From an uncultured Candidatus Binatia bacterium (GTDB lineage Bacteria; Desulfobacterota; Binatia; UBA9968; CAXXLF01), in contig OZ244621.1 in NCBI GenBank assembly GCA_965218425.1, positions 3,232,001 to 3,296,000 of the forward strand: a DNA stretch of 64,000 bases, read 5' to 3'. The notes under the pieces were generated by a model. That model had not been told where the DNA came from, made no database searches, and worked only from the letters and a program-made list of their open reading frames with translations. The translations under genes were made by a program, and so were the position numbers. Within the stretch, counting starts at the first letter, position 1; each line of letters opens with the position of its first letter. Positions 10,582-20,280 of this stretch are shown here, one piece after another.

Positions 10582-10772
10582 TTACTGACGACTCTTTTCA
10601 CTTAACCCATTCTTTCCTACACCCTATACCCAACCCCCTCCACACTCAGAACTCAGCACTCGTTACTCGTCACTGACTTAGTCGCCTTGCGCCATGCTGT
10701 TCTCGCTTTGCGCTTCTGCGGTAATATTATTAAAGGAATTTCAACTGCCTTTGGTAGGGGCCGGCAAAAGTC

Positions 10773-11858
10773 TCAGACATTGAACAGAAAATGGCTCACG
10801 TCGCCGTCGTGAAGGACGTAATCCTTGCCTTCCAGCCTCACCCGTCCCTGCTTCTTTGCTGAAGCCATGTTACCCGCATGAACCAAGTCCTCAAAGGCCA
10901 CCACCTCGGCCCGAATAAAACCCCTCTGAATATCAGAATGTATGACCCCTCCGGCCTCAACAGCCACGGTGCCTTCGGGGATGGTCCAGGCCCTCACTTC
11001 GTCTTCACCTACGGTGAGAAAACTGATTAGACCTAACAGGGCATAGGATAGGGCAATGATCCGATCCCTAGCCAGCTCATGAATTCCAAGGGATTCCATG
11101 AACTCCTTCGCGTCCCCCTCGTCCAGTTGGGCCATCTCCGCCTCAATCTTCGCACTGAGGGACGCCACGCGACGTTTGGTGGAGGAAAGCTCTTCCAATG
11201 GGCAAGGTTGGGAGAGCTGGTCTTCCCCTATATTGACCACCACGAGGCAAGGCTTCATTGAGAGGAACGTGAAGCCCCGAAGTAGTTTCTCCTCCTGGGG
11301 GGTGAGCTCCATTTGACGAAGGGGTTTCTCCTCCTCCAGGTTGCCTTTGAGACGGGACAAGAGATCACCTTCTACGGTCCTCGACTCTCGTTCTTGACCC
11401 GAAAACTTTTTTATCTCCTTCTGCAATCGATCCAGCCTGCGCTCAATGACCAGGAGATCCGAAAAGATCAGTTCAAGCTCCAGCAAGGACAGATCACGCT
11501 GTGGATCCACTGATCCCAGGGGATGGGGAACGTCGTTATGCTCAAAGGCCCGGACCACGTGAAGCAACGCGTCGGCGGTCCCAATATAACTAAGAAGTTC
11601 GGGGGATAATTCCTTTTCCCGTGCCTCCCCGCCCTTGAAGCCGCCCACGTCCACATATTGGACCTCGGCGGCCGTGACTTTGCGGGGCTTATAGATCTGT
11701 GCCAGGGTCTGCAGTCGCCGGTCCGGGACCTTCACGGCGGCTATATTGGGTTCCAGCTTTGCGGAACTGAAGGATGCGGTTTCCACCGTTTGACCAGTCA
11801 AGGCATTGAAGACGGTTGTCTTGCCACAGTTAGGGAGTCCTATGATTGCGATCTTCAT
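10773..11858 (-). CDS. ychF: Obg-like ATPase YchF
   Basis: GLPNCGKTT P-loop, EVRAWTI, IHSDIQRGFIRAEV, RLEGKDY. Confidence 0.92.
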   Translation of the reverse strand: MKIAIIGLPNCGKTTVFNALTGQTVETASFSSAKLEPNIAAVKVPDRRLQTLAQIYKPRKVTAAEVQYVDVGGFKGGEAREKELSPELLSYIGTADALLHVVRAFEHNDVPHPLGSVDPQRDLSLLELELIFSDLLVIERRLDRLQKEIKKFSGQERESRTVEGDLLSRLKGNLEEEKPLRQMELTPQEEKLLRGFTFLSMKPCLVVVNIGEDQLSQPCPLEELSSTKRRVASLSAKIEAEMAQLDEGDAKEFMESLGIHELARDRIIALSYALLGLISFLTVGEDEVRAWTIPEGTVAVEAGGVIHSDIQRGFIRAEVVAFEDLVHAGNMASAKKQGRVRLEGKDYVLHDGDVSHFLFNV

Positions 11859-12000
11859 TTTTGATTCACGGTACCTCAGGTAGAGTATAGCCGCTCAGAT
11901 TAAGGTTGGCAAAATAGCGGAGGGGATATAGCAACTACAGATTCTTCATGGCCGTTACTAAGGGTTTCTGGAACTTCGTTGGCTTTCCTCGGAGAAAGGG

Positions 12001-12314
12001 TCTTCAAGCTGCGGGCAACACTCCAGTGAATATTTAAAGCTGAACGTTCGATGCCCACGGCCTCCTGTCGCACTCCCCTTCGTCACTTCTCCGGTTTGGG
12101 GCGTAGGGGGCTTGCACCGAAGAAAGGGAGACGTCCGATACCAGAGGTTCAAGCCATATTGGCATGCCAGATTAAATGACGGAGCCTCGAGGTATAGACC
12201 TGTCGGCTCCCGCTGAGGGCAGGCCCCCGAGCCCCTGCTCTTCTCGGGGAACGCGTCTTCAAGCCGCGTACAACACTCCAGTTAATATTTAAAGCTGAAC
12301 GTTCGATGTCCACG
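12001..12314. repeat. Two-copy ~59-bp direct repeat (12001-12059 and 12256-12314)
   Basis: TCTTCAAGCYGCGKRCAACACTCCAGTKAATATTTAAAGCTGAACGTTCGATGYCCACG; 5 mismatches in 59; 255-bp period. Confidence 0.9.
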
Positions 12315-12529
12315 CCCTTCATCCTCATTCCCCTCGTCGACGTTTCCTATTCCCCACTCAGCACTCATTGCTCATTGCGCACTTCAGGGCAATCCCAGAG
12401 CCGTCATCTCCCCGGGCAGCGGGTTTCGGGATTCAAAGAAACGAGCAGTCTTGATTTTTGGCGGTTTGAGGTGGTACCAAAGAGTTCATCTGTTCATAGT
12501 GATTTTAAAGGCGAAAGAAGGAAAAAAAC

Positions 12530-13060
12530 ATGGAGAGGGAAAGAGTCAGAGAAAAGGAACCCGCGCAACGGGACGAAGGGGAGCACTATGAAGAGACCCT
12601 CAAGCGCCACGCGGCTACCAGGAATCGTGCCAGAACAGGCAAGATTGTGCTCAGGGGCAAGGAGATTCCTTGGCGGCAGGGTAGACAAGCGTTATCGAAA
12701 TCCTTTCTCTCCTCCCATGGAAGCGACGACACAGCCGCAGAGGATTGGGTCTGTTTCATCCATGATGTCAAACGTCAATCTGGGAAGCACCGGCACCAGG
12801 GGGGCATTCAGTTGTTTGTCTTGAATGGAGAAGGCTACACTGTGGTGGATGGGAAAAGGGTGGATTGGGAGAAGTGGGACCTGATTGTTCTGCCGGTAAA
12901 GCCCGACGGATGCGAGCACCAGCACTTCAATGAAAAGGGAAAGAGGGCCAGGTGGATGGCCTTCCGCTACAGCCCCTTTACAAAGGTTCTGGGGAGCATG
13001 TTTGAGCAAGTTGAGGACTCACCCGACTGGAAGAGTGCTGGAAAACCGCCTGCCTCTTAG
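12530..13060 (+). CDS. Single-domain cupin protein (gentisate dioxygenase-like fold)
   Basis: SGKHRH, GEGYTVVDG, WEKWDLIVLP, EHQHFN. Confidence 0.8.
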   Translation: MERERVREKEPAQRDEGEHYEETLKRHAATRNRARTGKIVLRGKEIPWRQGRQALSKSFLSSHGSDDTAAEDWVCFIHDVKRQSGKHRHQGGIQLFVLNGEGYTVVDGKRVDWEKWDLIVLPVKPDGCEHQHFNEKGKRARWMAFRYSPFTKVLGSMFEQVEDSPDWKSAGKPPAS

Positions 13061-13083
13061 GTGCGGCGCGCTCGAAATTCCAA

Positions 13084-13857
13084 TCACGAATTTGCCGGAG
13101 AATCCACAGACTCCTGCTTTCCCTGCCAATCGCGCGCACGGGTGTCCCACCGGCGTCCCCAGTAGATGAAGGGCGTGTCCAGCGCCGCAATGACAAGCTT
13201 GATTAAATACTTCGATACCCCCAACTCGATGGCGGTATCCAGGTCCACGATCCCCCACCACACCACCAGCGAATAGATCAACGTGTCGGCTCCCTGGGAA
13301 ATCATGGTGGATCCGTTGTTTCTCAGCCATAGATGGCGGCGCCCGGTGCGATTACGAATGGCGTGAAAGAGAAAGACGTCCAAGTTTTGACTGATATAGT
13401 ACGCCGCGAGGGAGCCGAGTACGAAACGAGGCGTAAAGTCGAACAGGGTGGCAAAGGCCTCATGGACGGCCCGGGAAAATCCCCCAGTTTCGGGGTTTGT
13501 TGACGGCTGGAACATCAGACTGATGGAGATCATCACCAAAATGATACAGCTCACGAGAAACCCGATCATCACAGCGCGGTTTGCCTCCCGCTTGCCGTAC
13601 TTTTCGCTCAGCATGTCGGTGGCAAAATAGATTCCCGAGTAGATAATGACACCCATGCTCGTCTGCATCCCCAGGATGATGATGAGTTTCGGGCCCTGCA
13701 GGTTGGCAAGCAGGATGGATAGCACCACGGAGGCATAGAGCCCCATCTTGCCAAATAGTCGGTACATGAGAAGGGCCGAGCCAAGGTCTAAGGCAACCGT
13801 CGCAAGCCACAGCAACTCCTGTCGGCCGGCAAAATATTCGGTGAGAAATTGGAGCAT
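13084..13857 (-). CDS. Queuosine precursor transporter (YhhQ/VUT family)
   Basis: ATDMLSEKYGKREA, SLAAYYISQNLDV, LWLRNNGSTMISQ, LDTPFIY. Confidence 0.92.
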   Translation of the reverse strand: MLQFLTEYFAGRQELLWLATVALDLGSALLMYRLFGKMGLYASVVLSILLANLQGPKLIIILGMQTSMGVIIYSGIYFATDMLSEKYGKREANRAVMIGFLVSCIILVMISISLMFQPSTNPETGGFSRAVHEAFATLFDFTPRFVLGSLAAYYISQNLDVFLFHAIRNRTGRRHLWLRNNGSTMISQGADTLIYSLVVWWGIVDLDTAIELGVSKYLIKLVIAALDTPFIYWGRRWDTRARDWQGKQESVDSPANS

Positions 13858-13890
13858 GGATATTTGAGTTGAGATCTGAACCTAAATCTT

Positions 13891-14133
13891 TCAACTAACG
13901 ATACGCAAAGAGAGATAGGGTACCAGGTTGAAAAAGAGGATTCCTATTTTAAAAATCGTGATACCCGCATAGTGCAGGGTATCGAACCGATCCAGAGCTA
14001 TGTTGTACCACCGACTGTGCATTCGAAAGGTCCAATCGTGGGCAAACGTGAAAAATAAGAACCACCAAAGGAGCAATCCAAAATTAATGAGGGTACACCA
14101 CCCCAGGGCATCACGAATAATTTCAAGCGTCAT
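13891..14133 (-). CDS. Small membrane protein (DUF6868-like)
   Basis: LGWCTLINFGLLLWWF...FDTLHYAG...FNLVPY; GGAGGAG RBS. Confidence 0.75.
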   Translation of the reverse strand: MTLEIIRDALGWCTLINFGLLLWWFLFFTFAHDWTFRMHSRWYNIALDRFDTLHYAGITIFKIGILFFNLVPYLSLRIVS

Positions 14134-14342
14134 GTTTACTCCTCCTCTTTTGGTCTCTTGCTTAGATTAACAAATTGATGGGTCCAGCGCGACCTCCAAT
14201 CCTTGCCGTCATCCGAAGAACTAACGCAAATCAAATTGTATGGGGTTTCTTGTCTGAACCTGGACGCTCTCCCTGACTCGTGTTATAGCTTACAAAACTA
14301 AAGCGAGCCATTCCGTCGGCAGGTCGTTGGGAACCCTCGTTT

Positions 14343-15680
14343 ATGGAGACTGATCTGCATACCGACCACACTGAAAGAGAGGACCCAGCCCTCGGGCACA
14401 GTGGAGCCGCGCCATCCGCTGCGGCTGAAGAGCCCCGGGGTTATCTAAAGGTCCTGTTGCGATTTCCCATCTTCGAGGGCTTTCGCTCTCGTGAGTACCG
14501 GTTACTCTGGTCAGGGTTTGTCTGTATGGCCATGGGGCTTTGGATGGACCAGGTGGCGCGCGGCTGGCTCATTTACGAGTTGACGAATTCCACGGTTCAG
14601 CTAGGGCTGGTTCGAGGAGTCCAGGCCATTCCGGTCCTCTTTTTGTCCCCTGTGGCGGGGAGTATGGCTGACCGCTACAGCCGTAAGATGCAGTCACTGA
14701 TTGCCCTGGTACTGGACGGGTTGATGTATGCCGCGTTGGCCGTCCTTATTATCTCAGGCCGGATCGAACCCTGGCATGTGTACGTGACTGCCTTTGGAGC
14801 GGCCATTGTTCAGACCTTTCATCATCCATCCCGGGCTGCCATGGTCGCGGATTCTGTGCTAAAGCAGCACCTGACCAACGCCATCGGGCTCAATTCCATC
14901 GCCTTCAACGTCAGCCGCAGCACTGCACCGGCACTGGCCGGCCTGTTGATCGCCAAATTCGGCACCGGAGGCGCCTATGCAGTCCAGGCTACGCTTTACT
15001 TCCTGGGAACCTGGGCAACCGTGCTCCTCGGCATTGGAAGAGGGTCCCCATCTGGGACTCCTGGTCACGTTAAACGAGAGGCCTTCGGTCGGAGCATTAT
15101 CGAGGGGTGGAAGTTTAGTTGGCAAAATGAGAAGGTGCGCGCTGGTTTGCTTGTGGTAATGTTGGCGTCGTTGTTCATTACCCCCTTCAGCACGCTTCTC
15201 CCCGTATTCGCCCGCGACATCTTAAGGGTCGGAGTGACGGGGCAGGGCCTGCTTCTGACGGCAATGGGCCTGGGTGCCCTGTGCAGTGCCGTTCTCATCG
15301 CCACTGTGGGCGATCGGCTGCCCAGGGGCATGATTATGCTGGTGGGAGTGGCGCTGTACGGGTTCACTATCATCGCATTCGCGGTTTCCCCATGGTTTGA
15401 GTTGGCCATGGGCTTAATGGTGTTCACAGGTCTGTTTCACGTGACCTCCCATGCCCTGGTACAGACCGTGATCCAGGCTTACTCGCCTTCGGAGTTCCGC
15501 GGCCGCACCATAGCGGTCTTTCAACAAAATCACTTCATGATGACCGTGGGAAGCATGCTCCTTGGGTTTATGGCTTCCCTATGGGGTGCCCAGTGGGCCT
15601 TGGCTTTGATGGGGCTAGTGGGTACGGTGTCAATGCTAATGATATACTTGACTCTCCCCAGTGTCCGGCATATCCGCTAA
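14343..15680 (+). CDS. MFS transporter
   Basis: GSMADRYSRK motif; multi-TM; close paralog of 8971..10197. Confidence 0.92.
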   Translation: METDLHTDHTEREDPALGHSGAAPSAAAEEPRGYLKVLLRFPIFEGFRSREYRLLWSGFVCMAMGLWMDQVARGWLIYELTNSTVQLGLVRGVQAIPVLFLSPVAGSMADRYSRKMQSLIALVLDGLMYAALAVLIISGRIEPWHVYVTAFGAAIVQTFHHPSRAAMVADSVLKQHLTNAIGLNSIAFNVSRSTAPALAGLLIAKFGTGGAYAVQATLYFLGTWATVLLGIGRGSPSGTPGHVKREAFGRSIIEGWKFSWQNEKVRAGLLVVMLASLFITPFSTLLPVFARDILRVGVTGQGLLLTAMGLGALCSAVLIATVGDRLPRGMIMLVGVALYGFTIIAFAVSPWFELAMGLMVFTGLFHVTSHALVQTVIQAYSPSEFRGRTIAVFQQNHFMMTVGSMLLGFMASLWGAQWALALMGLVGTVSMLMIYLTLPSVRHIR

Positions 15681-15720
15681 GCAAAACGAAATAAAATGCT
15701 TCAGAGTATCATTAGGGGGC

Positions 15721-15751
15721 TTGACAGGATAGTTTAGTTGCTATATATAAT
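15721..15751 (+). promoter_or_regulatory. Sigma70-type promoter of marR overlapped by a putative operator
   Basis: TTGACA 15721-15726; TATAAT 15746-15751; operator-like ATAGTTTAGTTGCTATA within the spacer. Confidence 0.7.
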
Positions 15752-15758
15752 TGGGTGT

Positions 15759-16241
15759 ATGGATCCAGAGGCGGCCAGCAGGGAGGTAATGGAGCTCTTC
15801 ATCAAGGCGGTGAACCGGTATAACTCCCTGGAGAGGTTTCCGATGAAACAGCGGGCAAGGCTCCATCTCTACCATTCGGAGCGTCATATGCTGGATCAGA
15901 TCGCGGACCATCCGAACTTAAACGTATCTCAGTTAGCCGCCATGGTTGGAGTGACCAAGGGTGCCATCTCGCAAGTCGTAAAAAAGCTAGAGGCCAAAGG
16001 TGTGGCTCAAAGGTACAGGAAGAGCAGCAATGACAAGGAGGTTTTTGTGGAGTTGACCAGAACGGGGAAAGACCTGTATCGAAAACACCAGGCCATCAAC
16101 CATGAGACCGTCAGGACATTGTCCAAGGAGCTGGGGAGGTATTCCGATGACAAGGTGGAGTTCCTGGTCAGGATGTTCCACTGGTTCAATTCGTTCCTGG
16201 ACCATAGCAGCAAGAAAATAAAAGGACACTCGCAGGGCTAG
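15759..16241 (+). CDS. MarR family transcriptional regulator
   Basis: LAAMVGVTKGAISQVVKKLEAKG...NDKEVFVELTRTG winged HTH; ATG 15759 chosen over TTG 15738. Confidence 0.9.
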   Translation: MDPEAASREVMELFIKAVNRYNSLERFPMKQRARLHLYHSERHMLDQIADHPNLNVSQLAAMVGVTKGAISQVVKKLEAKGVAQRYRKSSNDKEVFVELTRTGKDLYRKHQAINHETVRTLSKELGRYSDDKVEFLVRMFHWFNSFLDHSSKKIKGHSQG

Positions 16242-16260
16242 GACAAATTTTTTTGATTTT

Positions 16261-16278
16261 ATAGTTTAGTAACTAAAT
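16261..16278. promoter_or_regulatory. Second copy of the putative MarR operator
   Basis: ATAGTTTAGTAACTAAAT contains palindrome TTTAGT-N-ACTAAA; first 10 nt identical to 15729-15738. Confidence 0.6.
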
Positions 16279-16286
16279 GAAATGAG

Positions 16287-16523
16287 GTGAAAGCTGTGCA
16301 GATATTTGACAGCCGTGGATGGGGAAGGGGCCTGCAAGGTAGAGGGCACAAGCTGATGGGCTCCCTTTTGACAACCATAGGGTTCTTTTGGCTGGCCCAC
16401 AAGGCTGGTTGGATTCCGGTGTCGGATGGTGGTTCCGTGATCTTTTGGCCGTCGGTCATTATGGTGCTCGGATTGATCGTCCTCTTTGGTTCCGGGCGCG
16501 GGCAGATCAGAGACCACGGGTAG
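16287..16523 (+). CDS. Small two-TM membrane protein
   Basis: Two hydrophobic segments, IFWPSVIMVLG; GAGGTG RBS (start may be GTG 16296). Confidence 0.65.
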   Translation: MKAVQIFDSRGWGRGLQGRGHKLMGSLLTTIGFFWLAHKAGWIPVSDGGSVIFWPSVIMVLGLIVLFGSGRGQIRDHG

Positions 16524-16593
16524 GAGTGCGCGCAGGTGAGGGACAGGCGAAAAACTTGTCCACTCTTTTTTGTCTTACCGGCCTTCATCCAAT

Positions 16594-16932
16594 TCACAGC
16601 AGTTTCAGTGCTCCGGTCAACTTGTCCAGTTCGTCGTCATCGGCCGGTCCCAGGCCCAAAGCCGTAATGGTCCCAGCGGCCAGCACGGTTTTTCCCGCGT
16701 CGGTGATGAGCGATACGGGGATGCCCTGTTTACGGGCTGCATCTTCGAGACGTTTCAATTGGTCTGCGTCCCGAGCCTTAACCACGATCTTCGGCATCCC
16801 ATTGGATTGCCATGCGCGTCTCGCTCTAGCGCCGGCGGTGATAAAAGCGGCCACCGCTGCATGGGCCACCTAAGCCGCCAGTTTCCCACGTGGTAATTTG
16901 AGTGAAGCGTCTACTACGATGATCTGTTTCAT
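16594..16932 (-). pseudogene. pth2: Peptidyl-tRNA hydrolase Pth2 with in-frame TAG
   Basis: MKQIIVVDASLKLPRGKLAA*VAHAA...KIVVK...DAGKT...TALGLGP...LTGALKLL; TAG 16870-16872 replaces Q of GKxAAQxAHA. Confidence 0.88.
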
Positions 16933-16974
16933 TGCGTTAAGGACTGTCTAGCCCTCCATGGGTTGTTCCATCCC

Positions 16975-18171
16975 CTATGATTCAAGATCCGGGCGCCCCC
17001 CCCGGCGGCTTCGGCTAAATATGCCAAAGAGTAATAGCCCTGAGGTTACCACTCCCGCAGCCACGCCGTACATGGCAGAGAAGTTTTTGCCCACTAGGTC
17101 CAAGAAGTTCCCCAAGGCCACTGCGCCCAGAGCGTTTCCCAGATCATGAAAGGTTTGGAACTGGGCCATGGAGAGACCCCGTCGCTGGGCGGGTACCAGG
17201 TCGATGGCCAGCGCCATGAGGGGAGGGTGTGCAAGAGCAAGGCCCAGTCCAGTGACGGCTCCCGCGGAAAACAGGACGGCTGCAGAGGGGGCCTTTGCAA
17301 TAAGAATGAGGCCAAGAATCTGAAGCACAAAACCGGGGAGGATAATGGCACGACGGTTGATTCGGTCGGATAGGGGACCCACGATGGGCCGGCTGATCAT
17401 GACGGAAACCGACTCCACCACGAAAAAATAAGCGGGATTGCCGAAATCCTGCTGCAGGATGTAAAGAGGTATGAAAGTCGCGGTGCCGGAGTGACCGAAA
17501 GCGATAAAGGCCATTGCCACCGCGGGCAGGAGTGACTCCCGCACCACGAAAAGCTCCCACCAGGTCATGAGAGGTCCTTCTGTGGCTTTGAGTCTTTGGG
17601 ATTCCTTGATGGGGAGGGAAAAGAGTAAACCCACAAGGACCACTCCGAATACCGTCAAGAACATTCCGTGAAAGCCGAGGTGCTGATATGCGGCAAAACC
17701 TGCGATGGGACCCAGGGCTGCGCCAAGATTACTGGCCAGACCAGCGTATGAAATGATGGTTCCCCGTTTGTTGCTTGGCGCGATATCGGCGGCCAAGGTG
17801 GCAACGGCTGTGGTGCCACAGGACCACCCCAGCCCTTGAGTGGTCCGAAACACAACGAGAGTCATGATAGTGGGGGCCCAGGCATAGCCCAGGGTCGTTA
17901 GGCCGAATATGCCCAGGCCCAGTAGCAAAAACACTTTTCGTCCTGAGCGATCCATCAGCATGCCGATGAAGGGACGACTCACTGTTGCCATAATCGTAAA
18001 AGAAGACATGACAAAGCCAATGAGCGTTCCTGATGCTCCAAGACTCGACAGGTATACGGGGAAGACCGGTTGTACCTGGCGATGGGAGAAGAACATGCAG
18101 AATCGCGAGATGGAGAGGAGGACGAAATCCCGCAACCATGTAGGATGTTTTGGCTCTTCTGATTCTACCAT
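16975..18171 (-). CDS. MFS transporter
   Basis: GMLMDRSGRK and GPLSDRINRR motifs; multi-TM. Confidence 0.9.
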   Translation of the reverse strand: MVESEEPKHPTWLRDFVLLSISRFCMFFSHRQVQPVFPVYLSSLGASGTLIGFVMSSFTIMATVSRPFIGMLMDRSGRKVFLLLGLGIFGLTTLGYAWAPTIMTLVVFRTTQGLGWSCGTTAVATLAADIAPSNKRGTIISYAGLASNLGAALGPIAGFAAYQHLGFHGMFLTVFGVVLVGLLFSLPIKESQRLKATEGPLMTWWELFVVRESLLPAVAMAFIAFGHSGTATFIPLYILQQDFGNPAYFFVVESVSVMISRPIVGPLSDRINRRAIILPGFVLQILGLILIAKAPSAAVLFSAGAVTGLGLALAHPPLMALAIDLVPAQRRGLSMAQFQTFHDLGNALGAVALGNFLDLVGKNFSAMYGVAAGVVTSGLLLFGIFSRSRRGGRPDLES

Positions 18172-18719
18172 CAGGTTTGATTCCTGGTGAGCCGTTTATT
18201 CTGAGTAAGCTCAATGGTTTTGCCAATAACTTTCCGCAAAAATCGAATCGCCTTCCTGCAATCATAGTGGTGAGGGACGTGGATAAATCCGAATGGAACA
18301 TCCAAATGGCGTCCCTTGAGGTAATCTAATATGACGTACATAGAATAATTGCAGACATAATCGCCCGCGTCTTTCGAAAATTTGGTTTCCCTGCCTGGAG
18401 CCAATTTGAGGTTGGTTGAAAGCGTTCGCTTTCCCGCCGTTTTTATGGGCATGGATTTAGTTCTCGTATCATGCCGCCTCCTGTTGACCGCCTTGGTCTC
18501 AATCCTCAAGCGCCAGCCTCCATTGCACTGTCCCAACCCCAAAATCACGTCCGGATTCGTTTCCTTGACGACTTTGATAAACTGTCCATGGTGAAATCTA
18601 ACTGGGAAAACAACTTTTTTGACCCCTTTGTGCCTTGGGAGTCGCCGTAACACCCGCTCAGTGATGTTTTGGTGAAATTCTTGATACGGGCCAAAGCCGT
18701 AGATGAGAAGACGCATCAC
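18171..18719 (-). CDS. pcp: Pyroglutamyl-peptidase I (C15) family
   Basis: GFGPY, GLGQ, RIE, AGDYVCN (Cys), FIHVP (His). Confidence 0.85.
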   Translation of the reverse strand: MMRLLIYGFGPYQEFHQNITERVLRRLPRHKGVKKVVFPVRFHHGQFIKVVKETNPDVILGLGQCNGGWRLRIETKAVNRRRHDTRTKSMPIKTAGKRTLSTNLKLAPGRETKFSKDAGDYVCNYSMYVILDYLKGRHLDVPFGFIHVPHHYDCRKAIRFLRKVIGKTIELTQNKRLTRNQT

Positions 18720-18755
18720 AATCGATGGAGATTCCAGAGCAATGGACTATGACAC

Positions 18756-19817
18756 CTAGGGTGATGCAGAGGAGTCTGTTGCCAGCAGGGGCATCACCTT
18801 TGTGGCGAACAATTCGATTGAGTGACTCACCTGGCCATGGCTCAAGCCGCCAAAACTGAACATTCCCACCAAGCTGTCAGGATGTGCGGCTTGGATCACC
18901 GCCCGGGCGTTTAGGGCCACGGTTTCCGGGCTACCGATGAGTGAGGTCTGCCACTCTCGCATCCGCTCCAAGGTTAGCCCTCCCTGGAAATAGGCAAAGC
19001 GCTTGGTAAATTGAGGAAGATCTCGAGTAGTGACCGGTTCCAGGCGCCAGACGTTGTCACTGGCCAGTTGCCAAAAGCGGGCGATCTCCGGGCCGGCTTC
19101 TGACCACGCCTGTTCGTCAGAATCGGTTACGTAGATATCCCGTACCAAGATCGCGTCGCCACCGTTGGATGAGTCCCCGAGGGCTACTCGTTCCGCCCGA
19201 TAAGATTTGATGGCCTGAGCGCAGTTGGCAAGGGGTTGACGCGAGACGGCTAGATTCCAGCCCCGGCCCGCCACCTTCGCCGGGCTATCAGGAGAGGTGG
19301 CGCCGTAGTAGATGGGTGGATGAGGTCGTTGGATCGGCGGTGGGCGGCACGAAATTTCATCATAGCTCCATGCCGTACCCGCGTAGCTGAAGGTGTTTTC
19401 GGTCCAGGCCTTAATCAGAATTTCGACTCCCTCTTCGAAACGGGCCTGAGCCGTATCACGATCGAGTCTGTGTTTGAGATCATCGCGTGGTACCCCTCGA
19501 CCCAGACCCACGTTCAATCGTCCACCGGTGAGTATATCCAAGATTGCACACTCTTGCGCCAGACGCATGGGATCGTGGAGAGGAAGAGCATTGACCAAGT
19601 TGCCGAAGCGGAGTTTTTTAGTACGGTCGGCAAGGGCGGCGATGATGAGATTGGGGGATGCCAACATTCCGTAGTCCGAGTGATGATGCTCGGCAAACCA
19701 GGCCTCGTCGAAACCGAGCCTTTCGGTTAGTTGGATCTGCTCCAACAGTTCTTCGAAGGCCTGGCGCTCCGGCACCCATGGTCGGGCCTGATTATAGCTG
19801 AAAGTTCCAAACCGCAT
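18756..19817 (-). CDS. Luciferase-like (LLM) flavin monooxygenase
   Basis: WFAEHHHS, LDILTGGRLNVGLGRG, FATKVMP; GGGAGG RBS before ATG 19817. Confidence 0.9.
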   Translation of the reverse strand: MRFGTFSYNQARPWVPERQAFEELLEQIQLTERLGFDEAWFAEHHHSDYGMLASPNLIIAALADRTKKLRFGNLVNALPLHDPMRLAQECAILDILTGGRLNVGLGRGVPRDDLKHRLDRDTAQARFEEGVEILIKAWTENTFSYAGTAWSYDEISCRPPPIQRPHPPIYYGATSPDSPAKVAGRGWNLAVSRQPLANCAQAIKSYRAERVALGDSSNGGDAILVRDIYVTDSDEQAWSEAGPEIARFWQLASDNVWRLEPVTTRDLPQFTKRFAYFQGGLTLERMREWQTSLIGSPETVALNARAVIQAAHPDSLVGMFSFGGLSHGQVSHSIELFATKVMPLLATDSSASP

Positions 19818-20001
19818 GAGATAACCTCCCCAATGATTTCTCAGGCACGGCCGCATTTAACTCATTTTTCAGGGTTCTCAACAACCAATACTAATTTGCC
19901 AAGGTCACGGCAAACACTGAAATAGCAAAGAGCAAGGCGCAAAGCGTATTCCAAACTACTGGCCTTTGCTTCCTGCTATCATTTCCCGCGATCTTCTATC
20001 C

Positions 20002-20280
20002 TCAATCTTCCATTGAATTCCTTTTGATCTCGCTAAAGAGATATTCGAAAAACCCTTCGGTTTTGATGAGACCACCTCGAGAAAACTCGGCCGAAAAGGC
20101 CGTGACCCATTTCAATAGGTCAGATCGCTTCTCGATTACGTCGCGCCAGGTGTCGTCTTTTAGAATCAAATGGTTCTCAAGTCGTTCTTTGATCCTCTTG
20201 CCGGGAATGCCGGAGGCGTAAATGGCTCCCACCAGTGCCCCCATGCTGCTCCCGGCGACAATGCTAGGTTGGATGCCGAA
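20002..20280 (-). pseudogene. Internal fragment of a patatin-like phospholipase
   Basis: FGIQPSIVAGSSMGALVGAIYASG (GxSxG); Gly-rich N-terminus and DGG motif absent. Confidence 0.75.

Noticed and set aside
12001..12314. CRISPR array or LexA boxes
   Set aside because: Only two copies, ~196-bp spacer, no cas genes; GAACGTTC lacks the 4-nt spacer of GAAC-N4-GTTC
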